Positions 10,230 through 21,476 of a stretch of DNA of 64,000 nucleotides are shown here, piece after piece. The stretch is taken from the NCBI GenBank assembly GCA_963833095.1, contig CAWHWQ010000004.1, positions 192,001 through 256,000 on the forward strand, written 5' to 3'. The notes under the pieces were generated by a model. It was given only the letters and a program-made list of their open reading frames with translations. It was not told the DNA's origin and made no database searches. How positions within the stretch are numbered: the stretch's first letter is position 1; each line of letters opens with the position of its first letter. Source of the stretch: Vulcanimicrobiota bacterium (GTDB taxonomy: Bacteria > Vulcanimicrobiota > Vulcanimicrobiia > Vulcanimicrobiales > Vulcanimicrobiaceae). Position numbers and translations under genes: made by a program.

Positions 10230-12014
10230 TTGCGTTCTACTCTTTTTGCGCTGCTCGGCGCCGCGGTGCTGTTGGCATCGACGACGCTCTTCCTCACGGC
10301 GGCCGCCCCCACGACGCTCAAGACATCGCCGTGCCGGATCGGCCAAACCCACGCGGCGGCAATCTGCGGGACGCTCACTGTTTTTGAAAATCGCGCCACT
10401 CGCACCGGCCGCACGATCGACCTTCACTTTATCGACATCGCGGCCAAGCACCCAATGCATCAGGCGGTCGTCTTTAATCCCGGAGGGCCCGGCGCTTCTG
10501 CGACCGCGATGGCCGCTGATTTTGCCGATGCGACGGACGGAGCATTCGCCACGCTGCGCGACCGCTACGACATTTTGCTCGTTGACAATCGCGGCACGGG
10601 ACAATCAGCTCCGCAAGATTGTAACTTTGCGCCTGCGGCTCACCCTGAACTGTATTTCGCGCAGTTGTGGCCCGATACGATCGTTCGCTCGTGTCGTGAC
10701 GGCCTTGCCGCGCACGCGGATCTGAGTCTCTACTCGACCAGCGTGGCGTCCGACGACTTGGACGAGCTGCGCGCCGCTCTGGGCTATCCCAAACTCGTGC
10801 TGTTCGGCGGATCGTACGGGACGCGATTCTATCTAGACTACGCTCGCCGCCACCCCGGCACCGTCGAAAGCGTTGTGCTCGAAGGCGTGGCGCCACCGCA
10901 TTTCTACATCATCCCGCTGCCGATGGCTCGCGGTGCACAAACGGCGATCGATAATCTCGAACGGGCCTGCCGCAACGATCCAAGCTGTTCGGCGCACTTT
11001 CCCCACTTCACCGAACATTTCGCGGCCCTGGTGCAGCGTTTCGATTCCGGCCCGGTTATGCTTGCCGTGCAAAACTCCGTCACCCACCAATCGCAGCGCG
11101 TGCAACTCACAAAAGAAGTCTTTGTCGAGACCATCCGCCACGCGCTGTACTTTCCATCCGGCGCCGCGTACCTTCCCGTGACAATCGAACGAGCGTACCA
11201 CGGCGATTATACGCCGCTCGCCGAGATGGTCAGCCAGTTGTCGCTCCTGTTCGCGAACATTGTCGACGGCGGGATCAATCTTTCGGTGACGTGCGCGGAG
11301 GACATTCCGTTCATTACCGAGGCCGATGTTACGCAATACAGCGCAGGCACGTTCGAAGGTGACGCTCGCGTGCGAGCGCAGAAGAGTGCGTGCAAGACCT
11401 GGAACGTCGATCCGGTGCCGGCGACCTTTGTTGATCCGGTACGCAGTGATGCGCCGATCCTGATGATTTCCGGGACCGACGACCCGGCATCACCGCCGGA
11501 GTACGCTCGAGACGCGCTCCCGTACTTGCCTCACGCGCGGATCATGCTCGTGCCGGGTGCCTCGCACGACAGCAACTTGCCGCCCTGCGTCGATGCCACG
11601 ATCGTCGCGTTTGTGAAAGCTCGTTCCGCTGCGGGGCTTAATCTGAGCCGCTGCGCGGCGACGTATCACCGGCCCTCGTTTGTCACCCTTGCCTACGATG
11701 AGCCCGCCGCCGGCGAAAATCACGCGCAGACCGAACGATTCACGAAGATCCTTGACGCGATGATGCACGGTGGGATCGATCGCTCGCAGTTCACGCCCGC
11801 GTTTTCAAAACAGCTTCCCGACGCGGAGGTCAAAGGCGTGGCGTCGGGTCTTCAATCACTGGGGGGACTGCAGGCGATCGTTTTCAAAGGGGAGACGGGA
11901 TCGCCCAAAGCCCGGATCTATACCTACCTGATGCGCTTCGCGCGAGGCAACGTGCTCGTGACGTTCACGCTCGATACGTCAAACCACCTAAGCAATCTCG
12001 ATCTCTCGGGCTAG
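10230..12014 (+). CDS. Secreted alpha/beta hydrolase (TAP-like peptidase) with C-terminal extension
   Basis: Signal peptide, NPGGPG, DNRGTG, GGSYG nucleophile elbow, DPASP, GASH. Confidence 0.9.
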   Translation: MRSTLFALLGAAVLLASTTLFLTAAAPTTLKTSPCRIGQTHAAAICGTLTVFENRATRTGRTIDLHFIDIAAKHPMHQAVVFNPGGPGASATAMAADFADATDGAFATLRDRYDILLVDNRGTGQSAPQDCNFAPAAHPELYFAQLWPDTIVRSCRDGLAAHADLSLYSTSVASDDLDELRAALGYPKLVLFGGSYGTRFYLDYARRHPGTVESVVLEGVAPPHFYIIPLPMARGAQTAIDNLERACRNDPSCSAHFPHFTEHFAALVQRFDSGPVMLAVQNSVTHQSQRVQLTKEVFVETIRHALYFPSGAAYLPVTIERAYHGDYTPLAEMVSQLSLLFANIVDGGINLSVTCAEDIPFITEADVTQYSAGTFEGDARVRAQKSACKTWNVDPVPATFVDPVRSDAPILMISGTDDPASPPEYARDALPYLPHARIMLVPGASHDSNLPPCVDATIVAFVKARSAAGLNLSRCAATYHRPSFVTLAYDEPAAGENHAQTERFTKILDAMMHGGIDRSQFTPAFSKQLPDAEVKGVASGLQSLGGLQAIVFKGETGSPKARIYTYLMRFARGNVLVTFTLDTSNHLSNLDLSG

Positions 12015-12045
12015 TGACACCTTGCTACTTACCGGAGGAATAACC

Positions 12046-12600
12046 ATGCGCTCTTCTCTTCTTGTGCTGATGTTTGCAGCGATGACGATTCTGCCGGCGG
12101 CGCCCGCCTCGGCTGATGCCACCAGCGACATGGTGGCGATGGCGCAAACCTTCGCAGCGGTGCAGTCGTTCCACGCTGATATCACCACGCCCAAGGGCAT
12201 CACGATGAGCATGGACATGATCAAGCCCGATAAGTTCCACGTGACGATGAACGGCATGCAAGTCATCGAGATCGGCAGCGACATGTGGATGAACATGACC
12301 GGGTCGTGGCAGCACATGAATATGGGTGGTGCGATGATTCAGCGACCGATGGACATGGCGCGCAACGCCGGCATGCATGGGAACGCCCCAAGCGATTACC
12401 AGATCACCGACCTTGGTCCGGCCATGCTCGACGGCATCCCGGCGCACAAGTACCACATGGCGGGAAAGACCGGCGACGCCGTCGACATGTGGGTTTCGAA
12501 GAATCTTCCGCTTCAGGTGCAAGCAACAGGCAAAAAGGGGACGGCTACGATCAAGTACTCCCAGTACAATAGCGTCCCTCCCATCACCCCACCGGTGTAG
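12046..12600 (+). CDS. Secreted Met-rich hypothetical protein (LolA-like fold possible)
   Basis: GGAGG RBS, signal peptide, beta-strand pattern ending YSQYNSVPPITPP. Confidence 0.8.
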   Translation: MRSSLLVLMFAAMTILPAAPASADATSDMVAMAQTFAAVQSFHADITTPKGITMSMDMIKPDKFHVTMNGMQVIEIGSDMWMNMTGSWQHMNMGGAMIQRPMDMARNAGMHGNAPSDYQITDLGPAMLDGIPAHKYHMAGKTGDAVDMWVSKNLPLQVQATGKKGTATIKYSQYNSVPPITPPV

Positions 12601-12669
12601 CCCGCCCTGTGATCACTTTGATGGCTGTTGGGAAGGACGATCGAGGGAGGCACTCGGTAGTAGGATACC

Positions 12670-13215
12670 CATATGTGAAGCCTGTGTCATCACAGCGGCG
12701 CATCGCGCTTTCCCGCTCGCAGGCTGCTCTTCCGCGACGCTCCTCGCCAATGCAACGGGGCCGACCGCAACAGAGCGCGCTCGCGTGCAACGACGGGTGG
12801 AACGCTCACGTACCCTGCCGGGGGCGGATTCACCGCCGACTTTGCATACGGTAGCAATAACGCATCGTCGGCGCTGGTCGCGAGTGACGACGATTACCAA
12901 TCCACCGCGGCCGTGCCAAGGCACCTTCTCGCCGGACGATTGTGATCGCTACGAGCTGACGCTCAGTCAGGACGCGAAATTCACGGGTGGAACGGCTACG
13001 ACGGACCGACGACATTCTCAAGCGATCGAGCCGGCGTTGGACACACGCCGATACGAAGCTAACGACCTCACCTTGGCGGTCGCAGAAGGCTCCGATCCGC
13101 GAACGTAGCGCATCGACGGTACGACGGCGCTCGTGACCGAGCAAGCAACGGTAGCGGATGTCGCACGGCAAGAGCCATACACGCGGCAACATCCGAGAAA
13201 GCCAAAAACGAACTG
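12670..13215 (+). pseudogene. Probable decayed lipoprotein/secreted protein gene
   Basis: Lipobox-like LAGCSS and fragments (GGTLTYPAGGGFTADFAYGSNN; YELTLSQDAKFTGG) in different frames with stops. Confidence 0.35.
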
Positions 13216-13649
13216 ACGTGTTTCGCAGCGCTGCTGATATCCTTCTGTGGATAAGACGTTTGCGACTTGGGTGTAATGCCAATGCTCGAGTGGTGCAGGA
13301 ACAGCGCGCGAAGAAACCACACAACTAACGGCTGCGGTGCATGAGCTCATTCTAGAATTGCGCGACAGCGGGCCTAGCCCGAAAAGATCACGGTGGCGGG
13401 ATAGAGTAATTCGTTGAAGATGTGCATGGGGCACCCGCGCCCCACTAGCGAGGCAGGCGGTAATGACTGAACGAACACCCCGAGGCGAACTCTCGCAACG
13501 AATCCCAACGCTAGCAATAAGGCAGTCGTTAATATGCACGCGAGCAGTCCCGTCGCACGACGAGATCGGAAAAGCGTGAACTACCCCTGAATTGACCGCC
13601 GAAATTTACGGATCCGATGCGGCTGCCCGCACGCAGAACGAAAGGCGAC

Positions 13650-14320
13650 CACGTGGATTATCGCCTCGAAACGATTCGTTCGAGTTGCTGGATTGCCGCA
13701 ACAGGCGGAGGCCATTTTCGTCCTGGATCAGGGAGCCTCCGTACTGCGAATTCAATTGGGAGCTAGAGAAATAGCGCGACGCTGCATCGTGCTTTCAATG
13801 AACCCGAGTTTGCGAAGCTATTCTGCTTTTGCAACACGCAAGAAGGTCGCTAACCTGATAAGGTATCTACATCCAGTTCGGAGTTCACGTTACGCTTTCT
13901 TCCAGCGAAACAGAAGCTCCACGATGGGACGCTTGAGAGCGATGCGAAGGCGCTCTTCAAAAAACACGACGAGCCACAAACGGTTAGCGCGTACGAGCTG
14001 GAGGCATGGAGTAAGTGGCAGCATGGAGATATTGTAGCCCTCGCGGACGCCGCCAAATGCGTCGAGAATGCGAGGACTTCAAGACGCATTAACGGATTTC
14101 AAACGGGATGTGTAGCACTGATACACCGCGCCTGCGGATTCGTTCTCACGCTGCTGTATGTCCTATCGTGGTTTGGCGTCCAAGATCAGAAGTTAGACGA
14201 ATATGTTCAGCGCTTTGCTACTTCACGCCGGCCATCGCCGAGCAAATCACGGCCCTAAGAAATGCCCTAGCGATTATCGAGAATGCAATCGCAGCGGACG
14301 CGAATAAGAAAGCAAATTAA
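13650..14320 (+). pseudogene. Probable decayed hypothetical gene
   Basis: More AT-rich than the flanks; protein-like fragments (ESDAKALFKKHDEPQ..WSKWQHGDIVAL; AEQITALRNALAIIENAI) broken across frames. Confidence 0.3.
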
Positions 14321-14389
14321 AACCGCGTCGTTGGAGCGATCCGCCGCGACGGCACTAAGGACAAGGGACGCCCGTGCCCCGCCACCGTC

Positions 14390-14567
14390 AACCCTCGGTA
14401 ATGCCCCTTGACCGGCCGACCCTACTGCTGCCACCATCCTCGCACCATGATCTCGATGTTCGTTTCGACGACCACGACGACCACCACCACCACGACCACT
14501 GTCGTTCGGTGCAGGTTGACGTAGGCTAAAACACGAGATCAAGGACAGCTTACGAATTAGGGAGCCA
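14390..14567 (+). repeat. Duplicated copy of the thr promoter/leader region lacking the terminator hairpin
   Basis: 14390-14415 = 14995-15020; 14444-14556 = 15049-15161 (113 bp identical); then joins directly to TTAGGGAGCCA. Confidence 0.95.
14447..14524 (+). CDS. Thr-rich leader peptide, copy 1 (MISMFVSTTTTTTTTTTTVVRCRLT)
   Basis: Identical to 15052..15129. Confidence 0.6.
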   Translation: MISMFVSTTTTTTTTTTTVVRCRLT

Positions 14568-14649
14568 TCAGCGTGGCGAAAGCCATCCAGGATTCCTAAG
14601 GCGAAGCGAAAAAACGCATGCGCACGTTCTACGCTTGCAGGAGGGCAAC

Positions 14650-14991
14650 ATGAAGATACTTCGTGCACTTTTTGCCGTCGTCATTGCCTTTAGCATCCCC
14701 GTCGTAGCTCTGGCGGATTGCTATGTTTACGCTACGTGGTCGCCGGGACTTCTCGTCTACCAACCGGCGAATAATTCGTGCGTCACGGTAAAGCACGGAT
14801 TCCGATGCAAATTTGGCGCCGGAAAGACGATCTCCCTCGGTTTCGGTGGCCCGAACAGCACACGCACCGCCTGCATCGCGACGCTGCAGAACGTGGGCAG
14901 CATGTTTGCGGATAAGTGGCATCTTAGCACGAGCAGCGGCTGCAGCTTCCACTGGAAAGGTTCAAACACGGTTGAGGTCAGCCTTCGTTAG
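14650..14991 (+). CDS. Small secreted Cys-containing hypothetical protein
   Basis: GGAGG RBS, signal peptide MKILRALFAVVIAFSIPVVALA, 5 Cys in the mature part. Confidence 0.8.
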   Translation: MKILRALFAVVIAFSIPVVALADCYVYATWSPGLLVYQPANNSCVTVKHGFRCKFGAGKTISLGFGGPNSTRTACIATLQNVGSMFADKWHLSTSSGCSFHWKGSNTVEVSLR

Positions 14992-15012
14992 GTTAACCCT
15001 CGGTAATGCCCC

Positions 15013-15042
15013 TTGACCGGTCCACCCCGCTGCTGCTAAGGT
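15013..15042 (+). promoter_or_regulatory. Putative sigma70 promoter of the thr leader
   Basis: TTGACC-N18-TAAGGT with TGn extended -10. Confidence 0.55.
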
Positions 15043-15051
15043 AGCCAAACC

Positions 15052-15129
15052 ATGATCTCGATGTTCGTTTCGACGACCACGACGACCACCACCACCACGA
15101 CCACTGTCGTTCGGTGCAGGTTGACGTAG
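15052..15129 (+). CDS. thrL: thr operon leader (attenuator) peptide, 25 aa with 11 consecutive Thr
   Basis: MISMFVSTTTTTTTTTTTVVRCRLT directly upstream of a terminator and thrC. Confidence 0.85.
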   Translation: MISMFVSTTTTTTTTTTTVVRCRLT

Positions 15130-15158
15130 GCTAAAACACGAGATCAAGGACAGCTTAC

Positions 15159-15196
15159 GAAGCCCCGCACCGATTGGTGCGGGGCTTCTTGCATTT
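15159..15196 (+). terminator. Attenuator terminator of thrCB
   Basis: Perfect 13-bp stem GAAGCCCCGCACC-GATT-GGTGCGGGGCTTC followed by TTGCATTT. Confidence 0.85.
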
Positions 15197-15210
15197 GTTA
15201 GGGAGCCAAC

Positions 15211-16347
15211 ATGCGCGTGGAATGTAGCGACTGCGGCGCGGTCGCCGACCCCCTGGAGATCTGCCGGTGCGGCGGGTTGCCCGAGTTCGTGCTCGAGCCG
15301 CTGCGCCTCGACCCAGTCGGCCTGCGCCGCCTCGTGCGCGAGCGCCGCGCCAGCTACGAACCGCTCTTCGCCTCGGGCGTCTGGCGCTGGCGCGAACTGC
15401 TGCCCGCGATCCCGGCCGACTCGATCGTGTCGCTGGCCGAAGGCAACGTCCCGCTCTACGCCTCCGAGTCGGGCGCGCGCTACGCCGGCGTCGATCGCCT
15501 GGCCTATCTGCACCTCGGCATGAACCCGACCGGCTCGTTCAAGGATCTGGGCATGACGGTTGCGATCTCGGCCGCCAAAGCGTCGGGTGCGCGCGGCGTG
15601 GTCTGCGCCAGCACCGGCAACACCGCCTCATCGATGGCCGCCTACGCGGCGCGCGCCGGACTCGACGCGTATGCGATCGTCCCGCGCGGTCGCGTTAGCG
15701 ATGCCAAGCTCGCGCAGATGCGTGAGTACGGCGCACAGTTGATCGAAGTCGACGGTTCGTTCGACGACGCGTTCGCGTCGCTCCAACTGGTCAGCGATGC
15801 GGCGGTGGTGAACTCGGTCAACGCCTATCGCATCGAAGGTCAGAAGTGCGCGGCCTTCGCGATCCTCGAAGCGCGCGGCTGGGATGTCCCCGACTGGGTC
15901 GTGCTGCCCGGCGGGAACCTCGGCAACATCTCGGCGATTTCCAAAGGTTTCCGCGAAGCGTTACAACTCGGCTTGATCGACAAGCTCCCGCGCCTCGCGC
16001 TGGTGCGCGCGTCACTCGGCGTCGCCACGACCGCTAGCGCGATCGCGGTCGGCAATCCGAAATCGCGCAACCGCGCCTCGCGCGCGCTCGATCGTTTCAA
16101 CGGCGTCGAACTCGCGGTCAGCGACGAGGCGATCCTCGATGCCAAAGCCCACATCGGGCGCGAAGGCATTGGCTGCGAACCGGCTTCGGCCGCGTCGCTG
16201 GCCGGCGCGCGTCGACTGCGCGAATGCGGCAAGATCGCGCCCGACGCCGACGTCGTCGCGATTCTCACCGGCCACATCCTCAAAGATGCACGCCCTTCGA
16301 GGCTCCCTTCGGTCGCACCTCAGGATGACAACTATGCAGTTGCGTGA
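15211..16347 (+). CDS. thrC: Threonine synthase
   Basis: N-terminal Zn-ribbon-like CSDC..CRCG, NPTGSFKDLG (PLP lysine), CASTGNT, PGGNLGN, EPASA, LTGHILKD. Confidence 0.95.
   Translation: MRVECSDCGAVADPLEICRCGGLPEFVLEPLRLDPVGLRRLVRERRASYEPLFASGVWRWRELLPAIPADSIVSLAEGNVPLYASESGARYAGVDRLAYLHLGMNPTGSFKDLGMTVAISAAKASGARGVVCASTGNTASSMAAYAARAGLDAYAIVPRGRVSDAKLAQMREYGAQLIEVDGSFDDAFASLQLVSDAAVVNSVNAYRIEGQKCAAFAILEARGWDVPDWVVLPGGNLGNISAISKGFREALQLGLIDKLPRLALVRASLGVATTASAIAVGNPKSRNRASRALDRFNGVELAVSDEAILDAKAHIGREGIGCEPASAASLAGARRLRECGKIAPDADVVAILTGHILKDARPSRLPSVAPQDDNYAVA
16293..16330 (-). repeat. REP-like element within the thrC 3' end (only minus-oriented copy seen)
   Basis: Reverse complement TGTCATCCTGAGGTGCGACCGAAGGGAGCCTCGAAGGG. 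Confidence 0.85.
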
Positions 16348-17246
16348 TCGCTTCGTCGTCAGTGTTCCCGCCACCAGCGCCAATCTCGGGCCGGGCTTCG
16401 ATTGTGTCGGCATCGCGCTCGACCTGCGCGCCCGCGCGATGGTCGAACCCGCGAAACGGCTTCTCGCTCGAATTCAGCGGCCCGGAACAACCCACGCACA
16501 TCGGGTTCGAACGGATGATCATCGACGCGATGCACACGATCAGCAGCGAGCTGCCGCGCGTGCGCGTACACCTCAACAATGCGATTCCGCTGGGCAAGGG
16601 CGTGGGCTCCAGCGCCGCCGCAAGCGCGCTCGGCATCACCATCGCCGCGCGTGCCTACGGCCTCGAGCTCTCTCGTGACGACATCGCGGATCGCGTGTGC
16701 GCGCTCGAGGGCCATCCCGATAACGCGCTGCCCGCCGTCTACGGCGGCATCGTGATCGCCACCTCGGCACGCGCCAGCATCAAACTCCCCGCGCCGCGCG
16801 ATTTACACGCGATCGTCGTCGTGCCCGAGTTCGATCTTGCAACCGAAAAAGCGCGCGCACTGCTTCCGATCCAGTACGATCGCCGCGACGTCGTCTTCAA
16901 CATTCAGCGCGCGGCGCTGCTCGGCGCCGCACTCGCCTCGGGCAACTGGAACCTGCTGCGCGAAGCGATGAACGACCGCTTCCACCAGCCCTATCGGGGC
17001 GAGGTCGTGCCCGGACTGGCCGACGCACTGCGCGTCGATTCACCCGAACTGATCGGCATCGCGCTCTCGGGCGCGGGGCCCAGCGTGCTAGCCATCGTCC
17101 GCGACCGTGCCGCGTGGCGCCCCATCGCCGCCCGCATCGCCGCTTGCTTCGAAGCCGCCGGCATCGCCGCCCGGAGCTACCGCCTGCCCTTCGCCGCGCG
17201 CGGCCTAGTTTCGCGCCGGCACTTGACGGAGCGCAAAGCGGCATGA
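16334..17246 (+). CDS. thrB: Homoserine kinase (frameshift near 16460)
   Basis: VPATSANLGPGFD in one frame; IPLGKGVGSSAAA, EGHPDN, DRFHQPYR, LSGAGPS in the next. Confidence 0.92.
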
Positions 17247-17252
17247 TAGCCT
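17223..17252 (+). promoter_or_regulatory. Putative promoter of the hom-metY-metX leader
   Basis: TTGACG-N18-TAGCCT with TGn; ATG 7 nt downstream. Confidence 0.55.
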
Positions 17253-17259
17253 ACCCGAA

Positions 17260-17343
17260 ATGTTCGCGCCCACCATGATGACCTGTTCCATGTGCATTAT
17301 TCAAATGAATAAGGCGGGGACTGTCATTGGGAGCACCGTGTAA
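17260..17343 (+). CDS. Met/Thr/Cys/Ile-rich leader peptide (MFAPTMMTCSMCIIQMNKAGTVIGSTV)
   Basis: 27-aa ORF between the promoter and a terminator upstream of hom. Confidence 0.75.
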   Translation: MFAPTMMTCSMCIIQMNKAGTVIGSTV

Positions 17344-17367
17344 AACACGGAATCGAGAAAGCACCAA

Positions 17368-17407
17368 AACGACGCCTCCGCCGATACGACGGGGGCGTCG
17401 TTCTTTT
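17368..17407 (+). terminator. Attenuator terminator upstream of hom
   Basis: AACGACGCCTCCG / CGGGGGCGTCGTT stem (one G-U) followed by CTTTT. Confidence 0.85.
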
Positions 17408-17432
17408 ACTCGGAGCTCAAAGGGAAACCATC

Positions 17433-18557
17433 ATGGACTGTACGGTTGGAATCGGATTACTCGGATGCGGCACGGTCGGCGCGTCGGTCGCGCAGCGTCT
17501 GCTCTCCGAGCGCGACGCGATCGAGCGGCGCAGCGGCGTGCGCTACAAACTCCAGGCGATCGCCATCGCCAATCCGTTAAAAGCCCGCCCGGCCGAAATC
17601 GATCCGGCGCTCTTCACGAAGAACGCGCGCGCCGTCATCGACGATCCGCGCGTCGATCTGATCGTCGAAGCGATCGGCGGCACCCACGACGCCTCCGAAC
17701 TGCTCGAATACGCGCTCGAACGCGGCCGCACGGTCGTGACCGCCAACAAAGATCTCATCGCGACGCAAGGCCCGCGCCTCTTTGCCCTGGCCCATTCGCG
17801 CGGTGCGCGCTTGCGCTACGAAGCCGCCGCCTGCGGGGCGATTCCGGTGATCCGCGTGCTCGACGACGCGCTCGCCGGCGATTACGTTCACGCCTTCGGC
17901 GGCGTGGTCAACGGCACGTGCACCTACATTCTCTCGCAGATGGAACGCGGCGAAGAGTACGACGTCGCGCTGCGCCGCGCACAAGAACTGGGCTTTGCCG
18001 AAGTCGATCCGACCAGCGACGTCGAGGGCCTCGACGCCGCGCACAAACTCGCACTGCTCATGCAGCTCGCGTTTCAAATGGCGGTGATCTCGCCGCGCTT
18101 ACGCCGCAGCGGCATCAGCGGGGTGAGCAAACGCGACGTGGCCCGCGCGCAAATGCTCGGCTATCGCATTCGCCTGGTCGCCGCCGCCACACGCAACGGC
18201 AACGTTGCCAGCGGCGAAGTCGCCCCGGTGCTCGTACCCGAAGCGCATCCGTTTGCGCAGGCCAGCGGACCCGAAAACGTCGTGCGCGTCGTCTCGCGCG
18301 ATGCGGGTGCGCTGCTGCTCTCCGGCACCGGCGCCGGCGGTTTTCCCACCGCGTCGGCGGTGCTCGGCGACGTGGTCACGGCGCTGCGCGACATCGCCAA
18401 TCAGCGCGCGGTGAATTACCCCGCGCTCAATCCCGCGCTCGATATCGCACCGCTGTTTGCGAACCTCGCGCGCCATCCCGAACTCCCACGCTATCCGGTG
18501 TGGGATGACTCGCTCCTCGAAGCTCCGGTCTCGCAGGTTGAAACTGCGTTCTCATGA
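17433..18557 (+). CDS. hom: Homoserine dehydrogenase (no evident ACT domain)
   Basis: GLLGCGTVG, VVTANK, YEAA, NGTCTYIL, GFAEVDPTSDVEGLDAAHK, GAGGFPTASAV. Confidence 0.95.
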   Translation: MDCTVGIGLLGCGTVGASVAQRLLSERDAIERRSGVRYKLQAIAIANPLKARPAEIDPALFTKNARAVIDDPRVDLIVEAIGGTHDASELLEYALERGRTVVTANKDLIATQGPRLFALAHSRGARLRYEAAACGAIPVIRVLDDALAGDYVHAFGGVVNGTCTYILSQMERGEEYDVALRRAQELGFAEVDPTSDVEGLDAAHKLALLMQLAFQMAVISPRLRRSGISGVSKRDVARAQMLGYRIRLVAAATRNGNVASGEVAPVLVPEAHPFAQASGPENVVRVVSRDAGALLLSGTGAGGFPTASAVLGDVVTALRDIANQRAVNYPALNPALDIAPLFANLARHPELPRYPVWDDSLLEAPVSQVETAFS

Positions 18558-20858
<2,301 letters not shown>

Positions 20859-20967
20859 GCATCCAATGGCCGGTGAGCGTTTTGAAACGCTTCTTGCGCC
20901 TTACGACCTATTTCCGGGCCGCCTTCCACGTGGGAATGATGATATACTCGTCCCACAAGGAGCCTGC

Positions 20968-21372
20968 GTGAGCGCCGAACCCCTCGAAAGCCGGATAGCC
21001 CGTATGGAGGGCGTCAACGTCCAGATCGCCGATCGCCTGAACAGCATCGACGGGCGGCTTGATTCGCTCGACGGCCGTATCGACTCACTCGATCGTAGCT
21101 TACGATCCGAGATTGGCGGAGTTCGCTCCGAGTTCGGCACCCTGCGCTCCGAGTTCGGCACCCTGCGCTCCGAGATGAATTCTCGCTTCACGCAGATCGA
21201 CGGTCGCTTTACGCAAATCGATGGGCGCTTTACACAAATCGACGGGCGCTTTTTGCAGATCGACGGCCGCTTCGCACAGATGGACCAAAAATTCACTTGG
21301 GTCATCGGCATTGTCGTGGCGTCTTGGACGACGAGCATGACGGCAACGCTGGCGCTATTCTTCCGCCACTGA
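20968..21372 (+). CDS. Heptad-repeat coiled-coil protein with C-terminal membrane anchor
   Basis: AAGGAG RBS + GTG; RSEFGTL x2, FTQIDGR x3 and variants, hydrophobic C-terminus. Confidence 0.8.
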   Translation: MSAEPLESRIARMEGVNVQIADRLNSIDGRLDSLDGRIDSLDRSLRSEIGGVRSEFGTLRSEFGTLRSEMNSRFTQIDGRFTQIDGRFTQIDGRFLQIDGRFAQMDQKFTWVIGIVVASWTTSMTATLALFFRH

Positions 21373-21476
21373 GCGGTCGCGAGTTCGCGCATTTGTGTTG
21401 CATTTACCCATTGTTGCAATAGTGGGGGAGCGCAACCCCCCAAGCTAAAAGCGTAAAGCATAGCTCTGCATGTGAG

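Noticed and set aside
17250..17430. SAM riboswitch or T-box before hom
   Set aside because: No SAM-I core (ATC.AGA, GCAACC, GTGC.AA) or T-box AAGGTGG.ACC seen, and the region is too short; the leader-peptide model fits better
21373..21476. Riboswitch upstream of the NHL-repeat gene
   Set aside because: Only a short GGGGG/CCCCC hairpin; no recognisable aptamer consensus
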